A DNA stretch of 64,000 nucleotides from Porphyridium purpureum (taxonomy: Eukaryota). The stretch lies in the NCBI GenBank assembly GCA_008690995.1, contig VRMN01000003.1:434001-498000 (forward strand). Reading direction: 5' to 3'. Below are positions 41,981 to 51,581 of the stretch, piece by piece. Position numbers and translations under genes: made by a program. Under the pieces are notes generated by a model. The model made no database searches. It had not been told where the DNA came from and was given only the letters and a program-made list of their open reading frames with translations. Each line of letters starts with the position of its first letter. Position 1 is the stretch's first letter.

Positions 41981-42556
41981 TTAGTACATTTCGTTGACCA
42001 GCCACATCATGGCTGCCTGAATGTTCTCGCCAGTGCGTGCGGACGCCGGAATAATTTGGATGGACTTGCACGGCAGCGAGTCCGTATCCAGAGCACGTTG
42101 CACCTTTTGTCCGGACATTGCGCCTGGCATATCTTGCTTGTTGGCCAGCACGAGCACCGGCACCTGCATGAGTGCAGAATTGGGCTTGGAGAACGAGTCA
42201 TCGGTATAAAACAGCTTCCTCAGCGCGGCGGCGGCTTCCTCCATTCGGCCGCTGTCTGTGGCGTCCACCACGTAGATGATGGCGTCGGCAGCGCGCGCGT
42301 ACAAGCGCCACGTTTCGCGCACAAGCATGCTGCCTCCTACGTCGAACATATCGATCTTGCGCCCCTCGTACTTCATGGTCTCCTTGTTGTGGCCCATTGT
42401 CGGCACCGTGTTGATGTGCTTACCCAATGTGATCTGGTAGGTCACTGTCGTCTTACCCGAGCCATCCAAACCGATCACCAGAATACCCCGGCGGCCAGAC
42501 TTTTGGTTGCGCGCGCGGTAGTTATCGACATACTTGGTTGAGAGTGCTCCACCCAT
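41981..42556 (-). CDS. ARF/ARL-family small GTPase (divergent)
   Basis: N-terminal MG (myristoylation site), GLDGSGKTT, PTMG, DVGG(S), IIYVVDATD, LANKQD and ASARTGENI. Confidence 0.92.
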   Translation of the reverse strand: MGGALSTKYVDNYRARNQKSGRRGILVIGLDGSGKTTVTYQITLGKHINTVPTMGHNKETMKYEGRKIDMFDVGGSMLVRETWRLYARAADAIIYVVDATDSGRMEEAAAALRKLFYTDDSFSKPNSALMQVPVLVLANKQDMPGAMSGQKVQRALDTDSLPCKSIQIIPASARTGENIQAAMMWLVNEMY

Positions 42557-42739
42557 GATGCTGTTGCTTGTCTGCCCAGCCTCCCTTCACGCCTCTGACC
42601 TGCGATGGAGTTGCCTGGTCCTGTTGGTTGGATACTGACACCTATGTGCGCCTTTGTGCTCTGCTGTGTGTGAAACTGTATGCTTGCGTTAATCTCTGTC
42701 CGTTTGGCAGGCCATCGACCATGCTGGGGCGACGCGCCC

Positions 42740-42748
42740 TTTATATAT
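42740..42748 (-). promoter_or_regulatory. putative TATA box of the ARF-like gene
   Basis: The minus strand reads ATATATAAA in a GC-rich context about 185 bp upstream of the ATG. A similar GATATAAAG lies upstream of PRA1 (~46795-46803). Confidence 0.45.
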
Positions 42749-44102
42749 CCACGCGCAGAGACCGCCCAACGGCGCGGTGGCTTTCTGTGCCGCACGCACA
42801 TGTTACATGTGACATGGCATCCTCATGGGATCACTATCTTATCACCATGCAGCCGACAGTGAGTCCGCGTTGCTTGCCTGGTGTGACCATGACGCGATCA
42901 AGACACGAACGGAAACACCCCATTTCCGCATTCCGTCCTTCCTTCCCCCTCAAAAACCCCAGCCACTTCATCCTCACGCACATAACACGGCATGTTGTCT
43001 GCATCTCGGCTCGTGTGCGTAGGATTAGTGAGGCAAGGCAAGGCAACATCCACAAACTCCTTGCGGCATCTATCCGACTTGGCGCGCCAGCACATTCCCA
43101 CCAAGAAATTCACTCACTCCCACCCACCCACAAAACATAGGCGGTGTGTAGGCGGTGTACACGCCTACATCAAAAAGATTGTGGGTTACACACACATCGA
43201 TCATCTATCCACCACGCCACACAGCGCACGTTCACCCAGTTACACTTCGCTTGCGACTCGGGCGCCCCGCATCTCTCCCGACCACCACGTCTTTGCGCGC
43301 TGCTGACTCGGACGCTAGGCGCCCGAAATGCAACGACGCCGCGTGCGACAGGGGGTACAGTCGGATTCGGACGTTGCCCCGCGCCACGTGTCGATGAGGT
43401 GGACGCCGACGCGCGGGAGGCACGCGACGGGAGGAACAAGCCACCGAGGCCACTCGCGCTTTCGCGACGCCCTCACGAAGCGCCCGGCGGTTTGATCCAT
43501 CCCCAGCGAGGAGGAGCACACAGCATTCCGGGTAGAATGCCTTCTGCGCCCCCGCCGGGGGAATCCCGCGTCTGGATACGTGAGGTCGGGTTCTCCGGCA
43601 CACGGCGCTGGCTCCAAAACCTGAGCTCCATGCGCCCTATGGCGGCGCAGTCCGCGGCCCCGTCGGTGCTCCCTCACATAAGCACGGTGAGCTCTCGTCG
43701 AAAATCTTTCTTTTTATCCTACGCACTTGCAACTTTTGTCCGCCCTTGCATGTTCGGCACATCGAAACGACAGTGGCCGAATGGTCGGGAATTCGCGAAC
43801 GCACGGGCCCTGTCGTCTCCTTACCACGAAATCAGCCAGAAGACGCGACGCGCAGTGATCACTCGCTGAACAGTTCGAAACGCTTTCACCCATTAGCTCC
43901 CAGTGCAACTATGCGTCGTCACGGAGGCGACGCTTTAATTGAATACATACCAATAGCCCGCGTCTCCCGTGCTACATTCCCAAAGACTATCATTCTCACG
44001 TTCACCAGCCTCAATACTCTGGTCGCTCAAAGACCTGATTTCGGCAAGCGTAAAGCTTGCGTGCCGGTCCCGCCGCATCGCAACGCGGGGCTTCCGCATC
44101 CT

Positions 44103-44739
44103 TCATACGGACCTCTGCGGAGTCCACCCGCCGCCCAAAATTGAAAAGGCGAGCGTCCAGACCAATACAAACAGACCAAGTGACGGCATGGTTCCCTCCA
44201 TGAGAAATGCCTTGGCGCCACCGTGCAACTCGTCGTTCGTGTTCAAATACATATTCAGGTACACCAGCGGGAGCATGATCACACAAACCCCGAAAGCTAC
44301 AAAACCGACGAACCCTTCCACGGCCCCTGCGCCAAGGACAACGCCCATGATTAACGCACCTATCTGCCGCATCCAGTAGAGTAGATCCAGCACTTGGTTC
44401 TGATCACCATGCCCAACAAGCCAGTAGCCGGCCCAAACACCAAGAGAATTCCAAGTCGGGAGAGGATTGGTTCCTCGCACAGTTAGTCTCTGTCTCAACC
44501 AAATAGTCTAGCGGTCCAAAATCTGCGCTCCGCGTCTCTCCACTCCAGGCGCGTCCGCTGATGAGGTAACGCGTCGGATTTCTTGGCCCGCGCGCGATCG
44601 AATCACAACCTACCGTTTTCATTTTCCGTCCGGCGTTCCGAGTCACCGCGAGCACGACAAGGCTCTTGGATGAGACGTCCGTGGCGACCAGCGGCGCACT
44701 GGCGGCGCGCACATTTCCGACCGAGGACGTGGTACTCAT
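44103..44739 (-). CDS. RAB5-interacting factor / EMC6-OPTI family membrane protein, two exons (44739-44614, 44399-44103)
   Basis: Exon 2 reads NQVLDLLYWMRQIGALIMGVVLG...GG....LMEGTMPSLGLFVLVWTLAFS (Rab5ip family). The predicted phase-0 intron 44613-44400 has GTAGGT...ACTAAC...CAG and joins MSTTSS...RNAGRKMKT to NQVLDL in frame. Confidence 0.8.
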
Positions 44740-45001
44740 GATGACTACGTCAAGAGGCACAAATAGGTGCACGAATCAGTGGAAATCGTTCCCTCACCTT
44801 GCTACTCCCTCGTGCCACGACCCGATAAAATGGAAGAAAACGAAAATCGCCGTATGAAGACGGGATGTCTAAGTCCTCAAGAAGCAAATATGTTTTATCA
44901 CCATACGAGTACGTCCGTGCGTCGTGCGATGTCCTGCCCAATAACGCTTGACAGACATAGACCACGAGACGTGAGACTGTCAAGAAGCGAACATATGGCG
45001 C

Positions 45002-45433
45002 TTACTTCCAAAGAGGATCGATCTCCCCGGCGTCCTCCTTCTTCCACCTCTCGCGGTCGCTCGGGGTGCCAATCAACTCGCGGTCGCCCCACGGGTACCT
45101 CGGCACCTTGAGGCGCACCTTCATGTAATCGTAGTTGGGCGTCGGCTCGTGGTGAGGATGTCCCCCGGATAGCGTGTAAATTCCGAATAGGAAGACAAAC
45201 GGCAAGCACACCAAGCTAGCCCGGCGCCAGAGCGTCACCTGCGAGTCCATGAACGTCTCGTCGTGGTAGATGCCCGGGTCGTTACCTTCCGGAATCTTCA
45301 TACCATCTCTCTCCACCCACGGCAGCACCTTCCTCTTCGCGTCGACCTCCCCGAGGCTTTCCCCGGACGCCCTGCGCACGTTCGGCACGCGGCGCGCCAC
45401 CACGCGCCCCATTCGCGACATGAGCGACGCCAT
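45002..45433 (-). CDS. COX6A: cytochrome c oxidase subunit 6A
   Basis: Mitochondrial presequence, WRRASL plus a single TM, a His-rich segment, then YDYMKVRLK..YPWGD. Confidence 0.85.
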   Translation of the reverse strand: MASLMSRMGRVVARRVPNVRRASGESLGEVDAKRKVLPWVERDGMKIPEGNDPGIYHDETFMDSQVTLWRRASLVCLPFVFLFGIYTLSGGHPHHEPTPNYDYMKVRLKVPRYPWGDRELIGTPSDRERWKKEDAGEIDPLWK

Positions 45434-45864
45434 CTTGGACTCCAACTTCTGAATCCCTGCCCACTTCTCTATCTCCGCGCTCGCCCTGGGCCCTCGGAGA
45501 ATAACATGTTACGCACTTCGCGAGCGTCTACCAAAACAGGCTCCTTTTACCACACACTCGCCGAAACAGACACAACCTAGAAGCTTGATCAGGTTTGGCA
45601 AGTTGCAGCCGAACGGAACGCGGGGCAAGATTTACTCTACTCCATGGAGATTGGCTGAGCCGACTCTGCCTCGTGAAGCAGGGTGTCAGGAACACAGCGA
45701 TGCGCTCCATTGGTCTAAAAAGTTTATAATAAAGACGACGTTTCATGGACACACTCTTTCATTTCGTATCATTTGTACAAGGCCTCGTGCTCGGTCAGCC
45801 CCTGACGGCCGCGGTAGCACGTCGGGAAACTCATGAGCAGACGACCATGCCCTGGGATCTGGAT

Positions 45865-46626
45865 TTAAGCTGTCGTCGGCGAAGACGAGGGCGAGGCATG
45901 AAGTGACTCAAGACGGTAACCAAGGCAATGCAGAGTGCACACCAACGTGGCAAGGCTGGTCCCGGTCAACATAGACGGCCCAATGCCAGTCAGCATGAAC
46001 CCTAGGAAGCCAAGGACACTCCATGCAATGACGCGACCGCGATTTGACTGGTAGGTCGGGTCCTCATCGTACAACTTCTTGAGCTTGTTTCCGACTGCGT
46101 ACGAAATGACGCCGAAAATCGCGAGACTCACGGTATTGATAATGACAAAGAAACCTGCGCAGCTCGCCGCAATAAGCCCGTAATTGACCTTGAAGTAATC
46201 AAAGTTTTGCGCAATGCGGTTTGCTGTCTCACCCGGCAGCGGGAAGCTCCAGTTTGAAAATGCAAAGAAGTCACTCCACGGGCGGGACGCGTCCATGGCC
46301 ACCATGGCGTCCTCCTTCACCTTGCCAGCCGCAGAATTCACGTACTCCCAGAATCCTTCAAAGAAGTTTGGTTCGCGCTGCTGGCTTGCAGCAATGTGTG
46401 ATGCGGGCGCGGTGTTCGCGACTTCCAGGTCTGCCGGATTCTCGATGCCCACGGCGCCGTCGCGGTAGTGATGATGATGCACCTCGACTACTCGTACTCC
46501 CTCCTCGTTGGCAACGTGGTCTGGCGCCTGCGCGCCAGTCGCGTACGTGCGTACGGGAGCAGAGGATGTCGCGCTGCCGTCGTCCATGCTCAATTTCTCA
46601 AAGCCTTCCGGAACCATTTTCCGCAT
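45865..46626 (-). CDS. PRA1 (prenylated Rab acceptor) family protein
   Basis: SRPWSDFF...SFP....NRIAQNFDYFKVNY, hydrophobic hairpins and a C-terminal LH motif. Confidence 0.85.
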   Translation of the reverse strand: MRKMVPEGFEKLSMDDGSATSSAPVRTYATGAQAPDHVANEEGVRVVEVHHHHYRDGAVGIENPADLEVANTAPASHIAASQQREPNFFEGFWEYVNSAAGKVKEDAMVAMDASRPWSDFFAFSNWSFPLPGETANRIAQNFDYFKVNYGLIAASCAGFFVIINTVSLAIFGVISYAVGNKLKKLYDEDPTYQSNRGRVIAWSVLGFLGFMLTGIGPSMLTGTSLATLVCTLHCLGYRLESLHASPSSSPTTA

Positions 46627-46971
46627 CAAGTCGCAGGCGCGCTGGCGCGAGAAGGCGCAGAAGTGAGCCGCAGCACTCTACGCTCGCGCGCGCGTCTAGC
46701 TGCCTCGTGACTTTGTTATACTTGTCTGCCGGGTTGACACGTGCTGTTCCTTCCGCAGCTGTGTGCAATGAGGTCGTCGCACCATCCACGCCCTCTTTAT
46801 ATCCAGCTGCGCGTTCGCTCATTTATCCCAACCCGATTGCGGAAGGACAGCGCGTGCGTTTCACGTGGTTGCATTCACTGTACACTACGAGAAAAATGCT
46901 AGCCCACGTGGGGAGCTGGAGCAGCCGGTGCTGTGCAAGCGTCTGCGTGCGTGCGAGAGAGCAGCGTCCAA

Positions 46972-48579
46972 CTAGGTGACGCGTTGGTCCTCTAGAGAAA
47001 TGTGGATTTGGGTGGAGCAGGCACGCGCGCCGAGCTGGAGCTGAGGATACAAGCTCCAGATGTGCTCGATGGACGGCTGGAGCGCGCAATGCAGCGACTC
47101 CAGCTCGTCCTCGTTGAACACAAGCAGCTGCGCCGTGCGGCGCGCGCGCAGCGACTCGACGCGCTCGCTCACGCACTGCAGGCGCTCGCTCTCGGCGCCG
47201 TACTTGCGCACGAGCGCACGGTACTGAAGGTCGTTGCATTCCACAATCAGTTCGCGGATCCCGTCCAGCACGACCTGCGCTTCGCGGTGGATGGAGCTCA
47301 ACGTCAGGAAACGACGCATTTGCATCCGCACAGGGTTCATCGAGTCCAAGTCGTCCAGAGGGAGTTCACAGTAGTCCTCCAGCGGGAAGGCGCTGCTCGG
47401 CTCCAATCCTCTCCGGTTCCGCGTCGCGTGCAACATGTGCCGGAAGCAAATCACAGCCGTTTGATTGAGCTGCTCTACTTCGTTCAGCATGCATTCAACA
47501 TCAAAGAGCGTTTCTGCAACCACAGCATTCTGCATCTCCAGTAATAGGCACGCTACTCGAGTCAACACCCAATAGATGTGGTAAGGGTGCAGTTGCTCAG
47601 TCCACACCGAGGCGCCAGACTCGCCTCGCATGATAATTGGCGACCGCAACAGCTTTTGAATGCCATATACGCGCACCAGCGTAAATGTGCGGGCATTTTC
47701 CAGCATGTCCATGAGAGCCGCGGCATCTATTCGGTATATCCGCAGCTTTCTTTTCTCCCACCACATCGCGCGCAACTCGAAGCCTGTTGGCACCACTTGT
47801 GCCTGCGCCTTCGTTAGCGCGCTGTGCATTGCCACCATGCGCTTCCGCAGCTCAATTTCCTGCCGCTCTTCCCATCCAAGACTTTCCGTGCTCTTAACGA
47901 GCGGTTCGGTTGTCAAGATCTCACCGCTTCTCACCAAGTCCACGTACAAGATCAACAAGATACACTCGGCCGAGGTCAAAAACGTGACTCGCGTCTTTTC
48001 GAGCAAGTCGTCTCCTGTGTAAAGCGGGAAGAAGAAAAGCGTGAATACCAGGGCAATGCCGAGCCCAATTAAGGTCTCAAAAAGGCGTTTGAGCGACAAC
48101 GAGACCAACTCGGACGTCGTAAAGGTAGCTGGATCTGAGAACAAGAAGATGACACCCAGCGTGATAATACACACCTGCATGCTGTAATTGTACTCGGCGT
48201 AGAACGGAAACTGGCGCATGTACTGCACGATAAATACCAGCACCGAGAAGACTGCCACCGTCACGAATCTCCGAGCCTGGGCCGAGTCGAAAGTGGCTGA
48301 CACGGCCACGCCGACGCCGAATGCGAGCATGGCACCTATCATTGTGCCACCAAAGCGGCCAAGGCCCTTCGACAAGGTGAGCCCGACCGTCAGCTCGCTC
48401 ACCAAAACGACCGTCAGGGAAATGAGTAGCGAGGAGTCGGTCATGTCATGTGCCAAGGCCACCACAGACACCACGCCACCCACGAACACTGCAAACCCGC
48501 ATCGCAAGGCGAACCGCAGGGGCGCATCACTTAATGACGGCCACGCGAGGCACGGTTCGAGCGCATCTTTGTATTTCAT
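46972..48579 (-). CDS. ALMT / FUSC-like (aromatic acid exporter superfamily) membrane transporter
   Basis: About 6 N-terminal TMs with TVVLVSELTVGLTLSKGLGRFGGTMIG and RLFETLIG...FFFPLYTGDDL, followed by a helical cytosolic C-terminus. Confidence 0.8.
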   Translation of the reverse strand: MKYKDALEPCLAWPSLSDAPLRFALRCGFAVFVGGVVSVVALAHDMTDSSLLISLTVVLVSELTVGLTLSKGLGRFGGTMIGAMLAFGVGVAVSATFDSAQARRFVTVAVFSVLVFIVQYMRQFPFYAEYNYSMQVCIITLGVIFLFSDPATFTTSELVSLSLKRLFETLIGLGIALVFTLFFFPLYTGDDLLEKTRVTFLTSAECILLILYVDLVRSGEILTTEPLVKSTESLGWEERQEIELRKRMVAMHSALTKAQAQVVPTGFELRAMWWEKRKLRIYRIDAAALMDMLENARTFTLVRVYGIQKLLRSPIIMRGESGASVWTEQLHPYHIYWVLTRVACLLLEMQNAVVAETLFDVECMLNEVEQLNQTAVICFRHMLHATRNRRGLEPSSAFPLEDYCELPLDDLDSMNPVRMQMRRFLTLSSIHREAQVVLDGIRELIVECNDLQYRALVRKYGAESERLQCVSERVESLRARRTAQLLVFNEDELESLHCALQPSIEHIWSLYPQLQLGARACSTQIHISLEDQRVT

Positions 48580-48674
48580 TCTTCTTCTTTTTCTTCTTCA
48601 GCTGCATGATGTCCGCCTCCCTCAACTGCGCGTCCTTCGAGCGGTGGAGTGAATAGCGGCGCGCGCAAGGTGGA

Positions 48675-50675
48675 ATGGCGGAAAACTGTAGAGTGATCGT
48701 TCACCTTGACCTGGACGCGTTCTACGCGCAAGTGGAAGCGGTGCGTCGTGATATCCCTGCGGACGTGCCGCTGGCTGTGCTGCAATGGGAATCATTGATC
48801 GCGGTGAGCTATGCGGCGCAGCGGCATGGAGTGCGTAGGTTCGGGTCGCTGGAAGAAGCGATTCGAGCGTGCCCGGACATGTTGCTGGTTCACGTGGATA
48901 CGGTAGAGCAAGCACCTTCAGGTGGGGACGCAAACGAACATATCCATACGCGTACTTACGCGCCCGTGAGGGCCGAGCATTGGCACACGCAGCTCAGGCA
49001 CAAGTTGAGCAACCCGGGCAAGATGAAGGTGAGTCTCAAAATGTACCGCGAGTCGTCCATGAAGGTGATGGATTTCCTGCAAGCGCAGTTCCACCCCTCT
49101 GACCGCGTCGTTTTTGAAAGAGCCAGTATCGATGAAGTGTTTCTTGACGTGACACATCTCGCAAGGACGCGACTGTCGGCGTTGCTTGCTTCAGGCAAAG
49201 ACAAAAACAGCACGCTGCTGGAGCTGTATGCAAATATCCATCTATCACATTTAGGCGGCAGTCACGTCCCACGTTTGGCCGACGGGCAGGAATCGGAGCA
49301 GGACAAATTGCTTCTAGTGGGCGCAATGATAAGTGACGAGCTTCGAAGGGCAGTGAAGCGCGAGCTGCGTTTTGCGATGTCTGGCGGTATCTCGAGCAAC
49401 AAGGCGCTTGCTAAGCTCGCCAGCCCCATGAACAAACCCGACGCTCAAACATTGGTGCTGCATGCCCATGTTCCGGAACTCATGGTCAGGTCCAAGGTCA
49501 AGAAGATCCGCAACTTGGGGGGCAAACTAGGCTCGACCCTCACGGCCGCAGGCTTTGAGACCGCAGCAGACGCACAGGCCTTGTCGGCGCCTGAGCTCGC
49601 GGAAATTCTGGGCTCAGATATGTCCACCGCGCGCGTGGTTTACAACCTGGTGCGTGGGATCGACCCATCCGAATGCATGCCAAAGGACGAAAAGCCCAAG
49701 AGCATGCTTGCAGCCAAAAACCTGCCTGGTGCAGCGCGCGAAAGAGTTGAGGATGTTGCCGTGTGGCTTCATGTGTTGGTGGCAGAAATGGCCGAGCGCG
49801 TGGCTGGGGACGCGCAGCGGAATAATCGCATGCCCAAGACCCTGAAGGTAAGCTTTCGCTCGAATCGCGTCACGACGACGCGGCAAGTGAGCTGGCCGGG
49901 CGACGCACTCAGTCATGACGCTCTGTTCCAGACTGCCGTCAACATTTTGAGGGATTCATCACAGCTGGCGCTGCCGTGCGGGTTTATTGGATTGACTGCG
50001 TGCAATTTTGTGGATCGCGCACGCGGCGTGCAGAAGATGGAGCTCTTCCTTTCTGATACGGCAACCGAGAAGAAAACGCAGCCGGCCGGTTGTGCAGGTA
50101 TCGCTAAAGAAAGAGACACAGAAGAAGTGGATTCGCAAAATCGGACGGCCGCGCCTCTGGTAGGTGCCGCTCGTCTTTCCAGACGACGGGATTCGGAGAT
50201 TAGGTCTCGATCCGTATGTTCTGTCCCATTGAGTGAAGAACGTTATCCAACGAATGACGAGTCCGTTGGAGTGTGCGACAAACCAGAAGCGGGACACGAA
50301 ACCGGGGCAGCTGCCGTTATTGCGGGCGCCGTTCATGTTGAAGGCCAAGAAGGAGAACGGCATGATATGGGCATGACTGCCGAGCAGGAGGCTCTGTTAC
50401 GACAGGAGGTCGAATGGAAAGATGATACCGACGCCACTTTAGCAAGAAAGCTGTACGCAGAGGAAGAACGGCGCATGCGCATTGTTAGGACTCAGAGGAA
50501 GCTTTTGCGGAAGCGGAGCCGTGGAGAAGGTGACGGCAAGTCTCGCCCGCCACCTGTAATATCAGGAACAAAGACGAAGAGCCACAGTGCTGGGTGTCAG
50601 AGTGGCGACGTATGGGAGCAATTGGCAAGACGTGGCATCAAGCGCAGTGCCAAGGAGATGGAGACGATGAAGTAA
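48675..50675 (+). CDS. POLH: Y-family DNA polymerase eta
   Basis: HLDLDAFYAQVE, QWESLIAVSYAA, KVSLKMYRESS, ERASIDEVFLD, NKPDAQT, IRNLGGKLG and PKSMLAAK. Confidence 0.93.
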   Translation: MAENCRVIVHLDLDAFYAQVEAVRRDIPADVPLAVLQWESLIAVSYAAQRHGVRRFGSLEEAIRACPDMLLVHVDTVEQAPSGGDANEHIHTRTYAPVRAEHWHTQLRHKLSNPGKMKVSLKMYRESSMKVMDFLQAQFHPSDRVVFERASIDEVFLDVTHLARTRLSALLASGKDKNSTLLELYANIHLSHLGGSHVPRLADGQESEQDKLLLVGAMISDELRRAVKRELRFAMSGGISSNKALAKLASPMNKPDAQTLVLHAHVPELMVRSKVKKIRNLGGKLGSTLTAAGFETAADAQALSAPELAEILGSDMSTARVVYNLVRGIDPSECMPKDEKPKSMLAAKNLPGAARERVEDVAVWLHVLVAEMAERVAGDAQRNNRMPKTLKVSFRSNRVTTTRQVSWPGDALSHDALFQTAVNILRDSSQLALPCGFIGLTACNFVDRARGVQKMELFLSDTATEKKTQPAGCAGIAKERDTEEVDSQNRTAAPLVGAARLSRRRDSEIRSRSVCSVPLSEERYPTNDESVGVCDKPEAGHETGAAAVIAGAVHVEGQEGERHDMGMTAEQEALLRQEVEWKDDTDATLARKLYAEEERRMRIVRTQRKLLRKRSRGEGDGKSRPPPVISGTKTKSHSAGCQSGDVWEQLARRGIKRSAKEMETMK

Positions 50676-50810
50676 AGGGTGCCACGTGTTTACAGGGATA
50701 GCCAGGCTGCTACGAATAGGAGTATGGTGCCGGGTAAGAGGAGAGGAGTTGTTCCAAACATTGTACTTTTAGATTAAGTGTTAAATAATTAGTCTGCTGG
50801 GTTGTAACTA

Positions 50811-51581
50811 TTAGTAGGCAAGCACGCGCGCGCGCATCTCCAGATATTCTGTCTCTGGCACACACAGCGAGAAATTAAGTTTCTTGAGCAACTGCGCCTC
50901 GAGGCGATTCATCTCTACCAGGCTTGGCACGCCGCCCATCTTCGCATAGTGTTCGTTCGAGTACACCTCGTCCTCAAGCATCTTTGACGCCAACACTACG
51001 GCCGTAATCCATAGACGGTGCACATTGTAGTCGTGCAAAGCGAGCAGCGTATCGGCTTTTCGTGCCCTCTGTAGGAAGCACAAAGCGAGGATGAAAATGC
51101 TCGAGCTGCCGCTCACCAGTGTGACCACGCGCTGGATGTACTTGACAAGCGCGAATTTCTGCTTTTGCGCCGAGTAGAAAATGATGTCCGGGTCGGTTGC
51201 GGACGGCTGCCGCTTGTCCAGCTGCTGCAACCTTGACACGTCGAGCTCGGCCTCCAAGTGTTCCGCGATACACGACACCAAGCACTCCGTGTCGCATTCG
51301 TCCACATCCTCCAGAAACACCATGTCCCCCACTGTTTCCAGCGACGCCCCCCTTTGGAAGAGGGGAGCCGGAGACACGACATCCCAACTCGAGTGCTCTG
51401 AAAGCGGGGAGAGCGATCCCGGCTCGGCGTGCCCCCAGCGCGCCTTCTTGATCTGCGTGTGGACCATTTCACTTATGTGCAGATCCTTGATGGGGCTCAT
51501 GGTTGCGTCACCAAACGATTCCTCGACCATCCTCTTCCCCAGCACCGAGCCTCCGCTCGCCGAGCGTTGTGTGGATGCCAT
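50811..51581 (-). CDS. P/U-type (PHO80-like) cyclin
   Basis: YIQRVV, LHDYNVHRLWITAVVLASKMLEDEVYSNEHYAKMGG and EMNRLEAQLLKKLNFSL. Confidence 0.9.
   Translation of the reverse strand: MASTQRSASGGSVLGKRMVEESFGDATMSPIKDLHISEMVHTQIKKARWGHAEPGSLSPLSEHSSWDVVSPAPLFQRGASLETVGDMVFLEDVDECDTECLVSCIAEHLEAELDVSRLQQLDKRQPSATDPDIIFYSAQKQKFALVKYIQRVVTLVSGSSSIFILALCFLQRARKADTLLALHDYNVHRLWITAVVLASKMLEDEVYSNEHYAKMGGVPSLVEMNRLEAQLLKKLNFSLCVPETEYLEMRARVLAY

Noticed and set aside
42570..44100. Several overlapping 100-240 aa ORFs upstream of the ARF-like gene
   Set aside because: They are Arg/Pro-rich, GC-driven spurious ORFs with no motifs; the region is more likely regulatory.
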